Shown in pieces: positions 1 through 10,400 of a stretch of DNA of 64,000 bases (within the stretch, counting starts at the first letter, position 1; every line of letters starts with the position of its first letter). The translations under genes and the position numbers were made by a program. Under the pieces are notes generated by a model. That model saw only the letters and a program-made list of their open reading frames with translations. It was not told the origin of the DNA and made no database searches. The stretch covers positions 132,273 to 196,272 of the forward strand of contig CAWGRK010000006.1 in the NCBI GenBank assembly GCA_963824995.1, in the 5' to 3' direction. This DNA comes from an uncultured Actinomycetes bacterium (GTDB lineage Bacteria; Actinomycetota; Acidimicrobiia; Spongiisociales; DATADW01).

Positions 1-191
1 AACACCTGGCTCTCGAGCTCGGCAATCTCTTCCGACTCGTAGAGGTGCCACTCGGATGGCACCTCTATCAATGAGAGACGCTCGGGATCGGTGTGCGTGG
101 TGATGCCGGCTTCGGGCTGGGTGCACGCGGTGAGCGGGATGGCCAACAGGGCCCCCAAAGCCAGGGCCCGGGTCATGGACCGCATCCTCAT
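1..191 (-). CDS. Lipoprotein, hypothetical (5' part only; runs off the window edge)
   Basis: Manual minus-strand reading from ATG at 191: MRMRSMTRALALGALLAIPLTACTQPEAG...; lipobox LTAC; GGGAGAG RBS upstream; open to position 1. Confidence 0.7.
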   Translation of the reverse strand, partial: MRMRSMTRALALGALLAIPLTACTQPEAGITTHTDPERLSLIEVPSEWHLYESEEIAELESQV

Positions 192-283
192 CGCTCTCCC
201 GGTGGTTCTTGCCGTGAAGTGTACGCACGGTAGGCGCTATTCGGATCAATCTCGGCGAGGGTTTGGATCGGGCGCCACCGCGG

Positions 284-2317
284 TCAACCGACCTCGAATG
301 CATCAAGAGCCGGAAGGAACACGTCGCTGCGAAGAGTCTCCAACTCGCCGTCGGTGGCGATGATGATCCCCACGGCGGCGTATTCACCCAACTCGGTTGC
401 TGTCACCAGGGCCGGGCTGCCTTGTATCGACACCTCATAGAGCGGCCAGGAGCGACCACCTTGCTCATGGGTGTCGGCCGGCTGGTCGGGGAGGGTGAAA
501 CCGAGTTGACCGGCGACCAGGCCGAGAAGCTGCTCGGAAGTCAGGCCCTGTCCGGCTTGGAGGACAAGGGCGGTCGGGTCCACCGGGGTCTCGAGCCGAG
601 CGAAGCTCCCCGGCGCGACCTCATCCCAGCCACTCGGGGCGACACCGGAGAGCGGGACACCGAGGAGCACTGTCTCGAACGGCTCCATGACCACCTCTCC
701 GCTCTCGGCGGCGACGAACTGGGGTGGCGCCACGGACGGGGCACATGACAGATCAGGGGCGGCCGCCGGGTCGTTCAGGAAGGCGGTAGCGATCTCGGCC
801 GGACAACCGGTCCCAGAGCTCACCCCGTGGCTGAGCGGCTCGAATGCCACCGTCGTGGCCCGACGCAGGGTGTTCGCCGCCTCCGCCGCCCAAGCGGGAG
901 GCGTGATGGGGTCGAAACCGCCCGAGAGGATGAGCGTCGGTATACCGCTGCGAACGGGATTGGTCTCCATGTTGGCCGCCCGGCCGGCGTCCCACACCCG
1001 ACACATCTCGAAAGCCGGGGGGCCTGTGTTGAGCGAAGTGGATGCGAGACGCCCTCCGATGGCAGATTCACTCCCGGCGTCATCGACCTCTTCTGGATCG
1101 GCGAAGGCGATCTCCTCGCGGCACTGCACGGAGGCGAGGGCCCCGAGCGAGAGGAACTCGCCCTGTGCCAGGAAGTTGCTCATGAGGCTGGAAGCCGTGG
1201 CTGTCTCCCCGGCCTCGAGTTCCGCCACCAGCCCCGGGAGGAGGGGTATGAGATCAGCCGAGTAGAGAGACTGGAAGGTGAGCCCGATCAGACCTGCTCC
1301 GTCGAGCGCCGACTGGTAGGGGTCACCGGTGAAGACGTCTGTCACCGGGACCATAAGCGGATCCTCGTCGAGCGCCACTATCAGGGCGTCATAGCGAGCG
1401 GATAAGTCGGGATGCGCCGCGGCACAGGCATCGTCGGCGGCACACGAGTCGAACAGAGCATCGAATGACCGGTCGGCGTTGTCGGGGAAATCGGTGAGGG
1501 CATCCACCGACGGCGGATAGGTCGAGTCGAGTATCACGCTGCGGATGTGCTCGGGATGATCCCGCATGACGGTGAGCGCCAGCCTGGTTCCATAGGAGAT
1601 CCCGTACAGGTTCCATTCCTCGTACCCGAGGGCACGACCGAGGTCGGCGACGTCGGCGGCAGACGCCGCGGAGTCGAAGAGGCTCAGGTCCACCCCTTCG
1701 TCCTGCAAACGGTCGTGGCACGCCTCGACCGCCTCGATCTGACGGGCGACGTACTCCTCTGCGGAGAGAACCTCGTCGAGCAGTTCGAAATCGAGCTGTC
1801 TCGATTCGGGACAGGCGAGGGACGGCTCGGAGTACCCGGTCCCCCGCTGGTCGAACATGACTAGGTCACGGTTCACCAGGTAGGGCCCGAAGCGGTCCTC
1901 GAACGAGAAGGGCACGGTTTCGAGAGCGTCTCCACCGGGCCCGCCCTCGAGATAGATGACGGGATCGGGCTCGGGGTCGGGGTCATCGGACGAGAAGACG
2001 GCGACATGCAGCCGCACCTCGGCGCCTTCGGGGTCCGAGCGGTCGGCGGGGACCACCAGATAGCCACAGCGAACCTCGCGCTCCACCGAGAATCGGCAGT
2101 CGGCCTCCTCGAACCTGGGTGGTGTGGTGGTAGACGGGGTCTGCTCGACCGTTGTTCCGTCGGTCGTGTCAACGCCCGCGGGGGACGTGGTAGGGACCGC
2201 GGCCACCGCGGTCGTGGCCGGAGGATCCCCCTGAGACCGCACGATGAGGATCGTGCCGGCGACGGCGAGTATCACGGCGGCCGCACCGAGTGCGATCGCC
2301 CAGGCACGTCTTGTCAT
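284..2317 (-). CDS. Membrane-anchored/secreted alpha/beta hydrolase (TAP-like tripeptidyl aminopeptidase/carboxylesterase family)
   Basis: N-terminal TM/signal, Thr-rich linker, GGPGG, DQRGTG, GISYG nucleophile elbow, DPITP and C-terminal His; start placed at MTRRAWAI. Confidence 0.85.
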   Translation of the reverse strand: MTRRAWAIALGAAAVILAVAGTILIVRSQGDPPATTAVAAVPTTSPAGVDTTDGTTVEQTPSTTTPPRFEEADCRFSVEREVRCGYLVVPADRSDPEGAEVRLHVAVFSSDDPDPEPDPVIYLEGGPGGDALETVPFSFEDRFGPYLVNRDLVMFDQRGTGYSEPSLACPESRQLDFELLDEVLSAEEYVARQIEAVEACHDRLQDEGVDLSLFDSAASAADVADLGRALGYEEWNLYGISYGTRLALTVMRDHPEHIRSVILDSTYPPSVDALTDFPDNADRSFDALFDSCAADDACAAAHPDLSARYDALIVALDEDPLMVPVTDVFTGDPYQSALDGAGLIGLTFQSLYSADLIPLLPGLVAELEAGETATASSLMSNFLAQGEFLSLGALASVQCREEIAFADPEEVDDAGSESAIGGRLASTSLNTGPPAFEMCRVWDAGRAANMETNPVRSGIPTLILSGGFDPITPPAWAAEAANTLRRATTVAFEPLSHGVSSGTGCPAEIATAFLNDPAAAPDLSCAPSVAPPQFVAAESGEVVMEPFETVLLGVPLSGVAPSGWDEVAPGSFARLETPVDPTALVLQAGQGLTSEQLLGLVAGQLGFTLPDQPADTHEQGGRSWPLYEVSIQGSPALVTATELGEYAAVGIIIATDGELETLRSDVFLPALDAFEVG

Positions 2318-2527
2318 GGATTTACTGGCTTCCGATGGGGGAGAGGGGATTGTGCTGGGTTGGTGGTCCCAGCCCAAAACAAACGCCGCGGCAACCCGCC
2401 CGGGTTCCTGCACCGTCGGGCGGTCACCTAGCGAAAGGGCGATCTATAGGATCGGATGGGTGGTGCCTGACCGAGAACGGAGACTCTGATCGACGACCTC
2501 GCGCTCAGCCTGACCGGGCGTCTGCTG

Positions 2528-3061
2528 GTGGCCACACCAGCGCTTTTCGACCCCAACTTCGCCGGCGGCGTGCTCCTGGTGTGCCAGCACGACGAGGATG
2601 GCGCCCTCGGGCTGGTCCTCAACCGACCGTCGAGTGCATCTGCCGCCGAGTTCCTCCCCGACTGGGCACCGCTCCTCGCCGAGCCGGCTGTGGTTTTCGT
2701 CGGCGGGCCGGTTCAGCAGGAGATGGCGATCGGCCTGTGCCGGAGCGACCTCGTGATTCCCAGCGACGCAGACGACGAGGGGCTCGTCAGGGTGGCTGTG
2801 GGCCTCGCCCTGGTCGATCTGAGCCACTCGCCCGACGACCTGTCCGATGCCCGACCGCTAAGGGTCTTCACCGGCTACGCCGGCTGGTCCCCAGGGCAGC
2901 TGGAAAGCGAGGTCGAGGAGGGAGCATGGTTCGTGGTCACCACCGAGGCCGACGATGCCCTGACGGGCGATCCGCTTGGGCTTCGCCGCCGGGTGCTCCG
3001 CCGCCAGCGGAGCCGTGTCTCGATCTTTGCCGAGTACCCGGCCGACCCGACGCTCAACTGA
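2528..3061 (+). CDS. YqgE/AlgH (DUF179) family protein
   Basis: LLVATP..DPNF, GLVLNRP, VFVGGPV, GYAGWSPGQLESE motifs; the true start is probably ~2463-2486 (possible indel). Confidence 0.9.
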   Translation: MATPALFDPNFAGGVLLVCQHDEDGALGLVLNRPSSASAAEFLPDWAPLLAEPAVVFVGGPVQQEMAIGLCRSDLVIPSDADDEGLVRVAVGLALVDLSHSPDDLSDARPLRVFTGYAGWSPGQLESEVEEGAWFVVTTEADDALTGDPLGLRRRVLRRQRSRVSIFAEYPADPTLN

Positions 3062-3116
3062 CTGACGCGACACTGGCTGACGCGACTCTGGGGGCAGTGC
3101 TGGCTACGCTCGGACG

Positions 3117-3833
3117 GTGATCACCCAGACGGTTCCACGGCTCCGTCGGGCGCTGGTCCGCCGAGCGCCGGGCATCGGGCTGGAGCGGGCGCTGTGGGAT
3201 GCGGGACGGCAGGTGGTGGTCGGGGTGGACGAGGTTGGCCGCGGCGCATGGGCCGGTCCGCTCAGTGTCGGAGCCGCCGTGATCCCCGCCGACCGCCGCG
3301 TCTACAAGGTGCGCGACTCGAAGCTGCTCACCGAGACCGAGCGCGAGGCGATGTTCGACCGGATCGCCGAATGGTGTCAGGCGTGGGCCGTCGGACACGC
3401 CACCGCAGATGAATGCGACACCTTGGGGATGTCGGCCGCGCAGCGTCTCGCTGCCGACCGGGCGATCACCGCGCTGGGTGTGACACCGGACGCAGTCCTG
3501 GTCGATGGGAACTGGGACTTCGTCGGCAGGGACCAGGTCCGGCGGATAGTGCGCGGCGACCTGACATGTCTATCCATCGCCGCGGCGTCGATCCTGGCGA
3601 AGGTGACACGCGATCGGATGATGCGCGCCGAGGCGGAGCACTACCCGCTCTACGTCTTCGACGAGAACAAGGGCTACCCGTGTCCGCGCCACAAGTCGGC
3701 ACTCCATGCGTGGGGACCGTCCGCCATCCACCGCAGGAGTTGGGTCTTCATGGACCACTTGGTCTGGACGGGTCTCGGCAGGTATCGCCGCCCCGACCCA
3801 CAAGGGACGCTGTTCGACGAGAGCTTCGACTGA
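3117..3833 (+). CDS. rnhB: Ribonuclease HII
   Basis: GVDEVGRG, DSKLL, VDG, SIAAASILAKVTRD, NKGY, HRRS motifs. Confidence 0.95.
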   Translation: MITQTVPRLRRALVRRAPGIGLERALWDAGRQVVVGVDEVGRGAWAGPLSVGAAVIPADRRVYKVRDSKLLTETEREAMFDRIAEWCQAWAVGHATADECDTLGMSAAQRLAADRAITALGVTPDAVLVDGNWDFVGRDQVRRIVRGDLTCLSIAAASILAKVTRDRMMRAEAEHYPLYVFDENKGYPCPRHKSALHAWGPSAIHRRSWVFMDHLVWTGLGRYRRPDPQGTLFDESFD

Positions 3834-3850
3834 ACGTTTCCGCAAGCTCA

Positions 3851-5335
3851 TCACCCGAACGCAGCGATGACCGGGGCGAACCGCTCCACCGCCTCTACGT
3901 CGGGTAGATCGGGGAGAGCGACGATCGCCGTGCCGACGCCGCCCTCCGCCAGTTGCCGGATCCGACCGACGTGATCCTCGACGGTGCCGGCGCTCACCGC
4001 CGCGGCGAAGCGGTCCGGCGAGGTCCGTGCCGGGCGAAGCCGTTCGACGAGACCGTCCAACTCGGATCGGTCGCGTCCCACCAGCGCGGTCGAGAGGTGG
4101 GTCACCTCGACTTCCTCCGGCGGCCGCCCGACATCGGCACAGTGGCGGTGGAGAGCGCGTACCTTCTCCGCCACCTTCTCGGGGTCGCCCATCAGGTTGC
4201 ACCCATCGGAGAACTCGGCCGCGACCCGTAGGGTGCGCCTCTCACCTGAGCCTCCAATGATGATGGGAAGCCTCTTCTGGAGGGGACGCGGGTAGCAACC
4301 GGTCTCCGGGAGCGTGATCGTCTTGCCGGTGAACGGGCGCGTCCCCGGGCCCCACAGCGCACGGAGCACGCCGATCGTGTCCTGGAGAAGCAGATAGCGG
4401 TCGGGGACCGGTGGGAATGCCAGGCCGTATGCGAGATGCTCCCGCTCCCACCACCCGAGCCCCAACCCGAGCCTGGCCCGCCCGCCGGATAGAACGTCGA
4501 TGGTGGCGACAGTCTTGGCGAGGAGCGCTGGCGCTCGAAAGGTCACCGGCGTGACCAGGGTGCCCAGCCCAATGCTCGAGGTGGTCCCTGCGAGGAAACC
4601 GATCGTCGTTGTGCTCTCGGGTAGGTCCTCCCACACCCTTCCCACTTGGGGGATCTGGAGGAGGTGGTCCATGAGCCACAGGCCGTCGAACCCGACCTGT
4701 TCGGCGGCGACCGCTACGGCTGCGAGGCGCTCGGCAAGCGTCGCTGCACCGCCGTCCCAGGCGAACCGGGAGATCTGCAGTCCGAACCGGACCCGCCTCG
4801 GTTCCTGGGACTGGCGTCGCGCCGCCTCGTGCGCCGTCCGGAACCGCGGCTGCACCACCCGGACCGGGCCGGGGGTGAGCAGGCCATCCCACGTCTCAGC
4901 CTCGATGCTGGCGCGTTCCCTGCTCCACCGGCGAAGCTGTGACACGAGCACCCGGTCGGGCACCGGATCCGGCCGGTTCCTGTTGCGGGCGCGGCACACG
5001 TCCGCCGGAGTGTCGAAAGCGACCACGAATGCCGGCATGTCCGCCTCTCTCGCCCGCTGACGCCAGGCGGCCCGCCGCTCGGCGTTCATGCCCAGCGTGT
5101 CCACCACGGTGAGCAGCCGCCGGGCCATCCGGTAGTCGAGCACCCGCTCGAGAAGGTCGAATGCCGCCTCGCTCGCTTCCTGGTCGTGCTCTCCCTCACC
5201 GACCATGCCGCGCAACCGGTCAGAGGACACCACCTGGTCGGACCGGAACCGCTCCGCAGCCCATGCGGACTTTCCGGCGCCCGAAGGGCCGGCGAGGATC
5301 ACGAGCGACGGCAGCGGGATCCTGAGCTCTTCCAT
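3851..5335 (-). CDS. Fusion: N-terminal P-loop kinase (AAA_33/Pnkp-kinase-like) + F420-dependent LLM-class oxidoreductase
   Basis: LVILAGPSGAGKS Walker A, VSSDRLR; C-terminal GFDGLWLMDH, LGTLVT, SGGRARLGLG, GGSGE; start at MEELRIP. Confidence 0.85.
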   Translation of the reverse strand: MEELRIPLPSLVILAGPSGAGKSAWAAERFRSDQVVSSDRLRGMVGEGEHDQEASEAAFDLLERVLDYRMARRLLTVVDTLGMNAERRAAWRQRAREADMPAFVVAFDTPADVCRARNRNRPDPVPDRVLVSQLRRWSRERASIEAETWDGLLTPGPVRVVQPRFRTAHEAARRQSQEPRRVRFGLQISRFAWDGGAATLAERLAAVAVAAEQVGFDGLWLMDHLLQIPQVGRVWEDLPESTTTIGFLAGTTSSIGLGTLVTPVTFRAPALLAKTVATIDVLSGGRARLGLGLGWWEREHLAYGLAFPPVPDRYLLLQDTIGVLRALWGPGTRPFTGKTITLPETGCYPRPLQKRLPIIIGGSGERRTLRVAAEFSDGCNLMGDPEKVAEKVRALHRHCADVGRPPEEVEVTHLSTALVGRDRSELDGLVERLRPARTSPDRFAAAVSAGTVEDHVGRIRQLAEGGVGTAIVALPDLPDVEAVERFAPVIAAFG

Positions 5336-5383
5336 CCATCGCATTCTGTCGGAACGCCGGACGGGCTGTCGTATCCTCCGGCG

Positions 5384-6211
5384 ATGGGTCGCACCGCATT
5401 CGTCCTGGGTGGCGGCGGGCCTCTCGGTGCCTATGAGGTGGGGATGCTCCAAGCCCTCATCGAGCGCGGCATCGCCGCCGACCTGGTGGTGGGGACTTCC
5501 ATAGGGGCGATAAACGGCGCCGGTATCGCCGCCGACCCGACCCTCGAAGGCGTGGCCAAGCTCCGATCGATGTGGTTGAGCCTCGACGAGCAGGAGATGT
5601 TCGGCGGCGGGATGTTCGCCACCGCCATCAATGCCTTTCGGTCCCGGACACACCTCTACTCGATCGAGCCCCTTCGTGCCATGCTCGCCGACCGCCTCCC
5701 GGAGCGGTTCGAGGATCTGGTGGTCGAGTTCCAATGCGTCGCTGCCTCGATCGAGAGGGCCGCCGAACACTGGTTCAGCAGTGGCCCCTTGGTAGAGGCG
5801 ATCCTCGCCTCTTCGTCGGTGCCCGGTCTCTTCCCTCCGGTCGAGATCGGTGACGAGCACTACATCGACGGTGGAATCGTCAACAGCATCCCGGTTCGCC
5901 GCGCTTTCGACCTGGGAGCGTCCACCATCTACGTTCTCCAGGTGGGTCGCATCGAGCGAAAGCTCACCGTCCCACGGCTGCCCTGGGAGGTGGCGCTGGT
6001 GGCGCTCGAGGTGGCTCGCCGTCACCGCTTCTTCGGCGACATGGCATCGCTGCCCGCCGGCGTCGTGGCGCATGTCCTACCCACCGGGGTCGTGGACCCT
6101 CCCGGTCAACGGCTGAGACAAGTCGATCCCGTTCTGGCCGAACGCAGGTTCCAAGTCGCATACGAGGCGACTTCGGAGTACCTCGACGGCGCGGCGCCGC
6201 GATTCAGGTGA
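5384..6211 (+). CDS. Patatin-like phospholipase
   Basis: GGGGPLG, GTSIG and DGG motifs. Confidence 0.92.
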   Translation: MGRTAFVLGGGGPLGAYEVGMLQALIERGIAADLVVGTSIGAINGAGIAADPTLEGVAKLRSMWLSLDEQEMFGGGMFATAINAFRSRTHLYSIEPLRAMLADRLPERFEDLVVEFQCVAASIERAAEHWFSSGPLVEAILASSSVPGLFPPVEIGDEHYIDGGIVNSIPVRRAFDLGASTIYVLQVGRIERKLTVPRLPWEVALVALEVARRHRFFGDMASLPAGVVAHVLPTGVVDPPGQRLRQVDPVLAERRFQVAYEATSEYLDGAAPRFR

Positions 6212-6261
6212 CATACGGGGCTCGGTGGCGACATGACATGGTTGGGAAGCGGAGACGAGTG

Positions 6262-6832
6262 ATGACCGGTCTCTCCGACGGGGAGCTGCTTGCGGCGACG
6301 GTGCGCGGCGATGCGGACGCATACGCCACGCTGTTCCGTCGCCATGTCAGCGCGGTGACTGGCTTCGCCATTCGCAGGTCGCGAACGCCCACGAAGCCGC
6401 CGACCTCGTGGGCGACACTTTCCTGGTGGCGCTCGAGGCGGCGTCACGTTATCGAGAGGAGTTGCCCACTGCCCTCCCATGGCTGCTCGGGATCACCAGG
6501 AAGTTGTGGATGAGCCAGTTGCGGCGTGACTACCGGATGGACAGGCTGAGAAAGCGGGTCGGGGGTTCGATGCCGGACTTCGCGTCGGCTGAGGAAGACG
6601 ACGTAGTGGCTGCGATCGATGCCGCCAGCCAGCGACCCGAGATCGAGGCGGCCCTCGATCGGTTGTCATGCGCTGAGCGAGATGTCCTCGAGTTGGTCGC
6701 ATTGCACGGTCTCAGCCCTCAAGAAGCGGCGCGGCTCGGCTCCGACTCAGCAGGGCACGGAGAAGGATGCGGACGATGATCGGTGCTGGTCAGCCGGCCA
6801 TCGATTGGACGATGGAGGCCGAGCTTGCCTGA
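6262..6832 (+). pseudogene. ECF RNA polymerase sigma factor, frameshifted, with apparent short deletion in region 4.2
   Basis: SDGELLAA..DADAYATLFRRH / ADLVGDTFL..PWLLGI..ALDRLS..ERDVLEL..GLSPQEAA / RLSRARRRMR lie in three frames; the LGIxxGTV segment is missing. Confidence 0.75.
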
Positions 6833-7217
6833 GCTCAAAGCACCACTGGTACCGCCCACTCCCCGGTACCGCAACGAGGTCGAGGCGATGCTGAGAAAGG
6901 CTGTCGTCGAGATGCACGGTCCGTCGAGAGAACGAGCGACGCGCCGCTGGCAACTCGGCGTGATTTCCCCGATGGCAGCGGTTTTGGCCCTGGTGCTGCT
7001 GGCGGCCCCGATGATGCTGCGCGCCGCCACCGCACCGGAGATGACTGCCAGCACAGCCGGCACTCCCGTCGTTACCGATTCACCGTCGCCGCCCGACATG
7101 GCGGCGCCGGTCGAACTGGGCGGGATCTCCCCGAGGGGAGTGCTGGTGGATGGCCACCGTGACCCGCACCGGCCAGGCTTTCCGAGCAGGCTCCCTCCGG
7201 GTATCGGGTATCGCTGA
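6825..7217 (+). CDS. Putative single-pass membrane anti-sigma factor
   Basis: TTG start with GGAGG overlapping the sigma stop; central hydrophobic helix (MAAVLALVLLAAP); position directly after the ECF sigma. Confidence 0.5.
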   Translation: MPELKAPLVPPTPRYRNEVEAMLRKAVVEMHGPSRERATRRWQLGVISPMAAVLALVLLAAPMMLRAATAPEMTASTAGTPVVTDSPSPPDMAAPVELGGISPRGVLVDGHRDPHRPGFPSRLPPGIGYR

Positions 7218-7333
7218 CATGCGGGGCCACCGCCGGGCATGAACCGGGCAAGAGGCGATCGGAACCGGTCGGGGGCCACAAATGTGTCGACTCCCCACTT
7301 CCCGGCCCCTGCCCGGTCCGGCGCAATGCTGAT

Positions 7334-7390
7334 TACTCCCCAACTCCGGGTTCGGCAGCTACCTCCTGGGTACTCCCCAACCCAGGGTTG
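7334..7390. repeat. ~57-bp palindromic REP-like dispersed repeat, copy 1
   Basis: TACTCCCCAACTCCGGGTTCGGCAGCTACCTCCTGGGTACTCCCCAACCCAGGGTTG, nearly identical to 46364-46420; lies between convergent genes. Confidence 0.85.
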
Positions 7391-7405
7391 CCGGTTGCGG
7401 CGGGC

Positions 7406-10400
7406 CTACTCGCCGCCGATGGCGTAGACCATCCCGTCGAGGCTCACCGCATAGACGACGTGATCGATGACGGCGGTGGCCGCCCGCACCGGCCCACCCG
7501 TCAGCCACTTCCACAAGGTCTCGCCGGTCTCGGCATCCACCGCGTACAGATACCCGTCGTCCGAGCCGGCGTAGACCACGTCGCCAGCCACGGTCACCGG
7601 GCCGAATTGCTCGCCTGGCCTGGACCACCTCTTCCCAGATCCCGGTGTTGGTGGCGAGGTCGATCGCATAGAGGAATGTGCCTTCGCCGATGTACATCAC
7701 GTTGTCCCTGATCGCCGGGGCGGATATCACCGGCCTCTCACGTAGGAGCGATGGGGGCCGCCCCGCCACCAACCCGTTGCAGACCCCTGCAGGGAACATG
7801 TAGACCTGGCTTCCCGTGTTGGAGACATAGGCCACGTCGTCGGAGACGATCGGGTTCACCTCGATGGGGGCGTCGGTTTCACGACGGCAGATCTCTTCCC
7901 CACTGGCGACGTCGATGAGGATGACACTGCCCGTCGCGTCGCTGGTCGTTACGTAGAGCACACCATCATGAAGAGTCAGGTCGGCGCTGACGGGGCCCAC
8001 CGTCCCCCGTCGTGGGAACCGCCATACCTCCGAGCCGTTCCCGAGATCCAGGGCGTGGACTGCCCCGTCGGTGGTCGCCGCGTAGACGACGCCGTCCGCC
8101 ACCGCCGGCGACGAGCGAATCCGCTCTCCGAGTTGAACCGCCCACCGCTCGGTGACCCTGTCGGGAAGCGCCTCGCGGGCACGCACGATCCCGTCGTCAC
8201 CGGCCACCACGACGATGACCGGTGAGGCAGCATCAGCGGTCTCGATCGTGCCAACGGCGGGGGCGGTGTGGATCGGACCCTCCGCCAACAACCTCCAGAT
8301 GACACCGCCGGTCGCCTGGTTGAGTCCGTAGAGGGTGCCGTCGTTGCCGGCGACCAGGAGCATGTTCCCGTACGCCACGGGTGCCCCGTCGATCGGAAGC
8401 TGGGTAGGTCGCACCCAGTAATGCCCCTGGGCTGAGCGGACTGGTTCCGCATCGAAGGCGCCGGTACGGTCGTTCCCCGCCCTGTGTTCCGCGGTCCCGG
8501 TGAAGAAGCCCCTTTCCGTCACCTCGGGAAGTACCGTCTCCTCCAAGCTGAGGGGGACCGCGGTTGTCGGGGTGGTGGCAACCGTGGTGGTGGGACCAGG
8601 GTCGGTGAGTCTGTCAACCGCCAATGAGGCGGCGCCGGCCACCACGACTACGCCCAGTGCGGCGGCGGCAACCATTGGCCAGCGGCTTCGGGTCCTGCGT
8701 CGGGGTGCGACCAGCCCTCGGGCCCGTCTCTGCGCCGGGCTGAGAACGGTTTCGACACCCGCCAGGCCCGATGCAGCCAATATGCGGTCCAGCGCCTCCT
8801 GGTGGTCAGCGTCCGCCACGGCGTCGTCGTTCGGCGGGGGAGCGGCCAGGGCGGGTGCGACCTGGGGCAGCGAATCCCATTGAGGGCGCCACGCTTCGGG
8901 CACCGTCGCGGCCATGCGTTGCACGGATCGCACCGCGGGAGCGGCGGCGGGCTTGCCCCACAAGTGCCCGGCGGTGGCCGCCCGAGCGGCACCCATCGGG
9001 TTACCCGTTTCGACGGCAAGGCCGAGGGCGGCGGCGGCGATCTCGTCGTCCTTCTCGTGAACGGCACGGGCACACATGAGGTCTATGGCCCAGTGGTAGA
9101 GCTTGGAGTGGAGCATCTGGTCGGCGAGGTCGGCAGCATCCTGCGCCGGCCAAGGGGTCCCCAACGATGTCTCAATCTCCAACTGGATTGCCCGGCATCG
9201 GGAACGCCAGCGACATCCGTCTGCCCCGGGCGGGGTAGCGGCGATGGCCGCAGCGATCTCGGTCGAGGCCTCCTCGGCCCGGCCCAGGCCATGGAGTGAT
9301 TGGGCGCGGAGGGCACGCGCCATGTTCTCCCAGGCCGGCAGTCTGCGCTCGACGAGGTCGAGCACGCGGTTCGATGCCTCCAGTGCCTCCTCGTAGCGCT
9401 CGGATGCGATCGCCGCCTCGGCCCTGGCGATCTCGGCTAGGAACACCGGCGCCTCGACATTGGCGCTCCCGGCAAGCTCCTCGGCGCGGTCCAGAGCGGC
9501 TAACCCCTGATCCACCTGCCCGGATGCCAACAGGGCACGGCCCCAGCAGGCCTCTTTGTCCGCCTGGGATGCCTCCGGTTCACTCGCCATCGCCTCGTCG
9601 CGCAGACGAGCGAACTCGCGCTCGGCGTGTGCAAACTCCCCGCGGTCGAGCGCGATCCAGCCCCGGTTGACCGCGGCGTAATAGCGCTGCACCGGGGTGG
9701 CCGCCTGCTCGAGGAGGACGTCGGCGCGGTCGAGCATGATCTCGGCCTCGGCTGAGAACCCGATGCGGTCAACCTGATGGGCGCGCAGCACGTAGAGCGA
9801 ACCGAGCTTTGCCGTCTCGTTGAGGCGGCTTGCCTCCCAACAGGCGATGGCGGAAATCCGTTCCGCTTCCTGAGGCATCTGCCGATCGCCTGCAACAGCG
9901 GTCTCGAAGCCGAGGGCGTCGATCCGCTCCACACCCTGGAGGAGCCTGGTGGCGGCCACGAGATGGTCGGCTGCCCGCTCCGACAGCCCGGCCCAGTGGA
10001 GGAACCGCCCGCAGATGAGGTGCAGCCGCCCGGTCGTCTCAGGGTCGGTCACGGCGGCGGATGGCTGTGCTCCAAGTGCGGTCTCGGCAAGGTGATAGGC
10101 CTCGCCGATGGCCCGGTGCTGGTCGGCTTCGATGGCGGCGGCGGCCAACCGAGGAAATGCGGCCTCAGGGTGGCCGGCTGCCAGATGGTGATAGCCGATC
10201 ACCCCGGAGTCACCGCCGGCGCCCTCCAACACGGAGGCGAGACGCGCCGACACGTGACCTCGCCTGCTCTCCCCAAGTGCCAGCGGCCCCGCCGAGGGGG
10301 AGTAGATGAACCCGCTCCGCAACTCGAGAAGCCAACCGGCTGAGGAGGCAGCCTCGGCGACAGCGAGCGCTTCGGCCTCGCTCAGGGAGAGGACGGTGGA

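Noticed and set aside
2468..2470. In-frame TGA upstream of yqgE as another selenocysteine codon
   Set aside because: Not at a conserved Cys position and no SECIS-like hairpin seen; more likely an indel or start ambiguity
3062..3091. 15-bp tandem duplication CTGACGCGAC(A/T)CTGG upstream of rnhB
   Set aside because: Two copies only, no other occurrence seen; likely a local slippage event
5336..6073. N-terminal extension of the 740-aa kinase-LLM ORF; similar extension of glgX to 24792
   Set aside because: They overlap the patatin and phoU genes on the opposite strand
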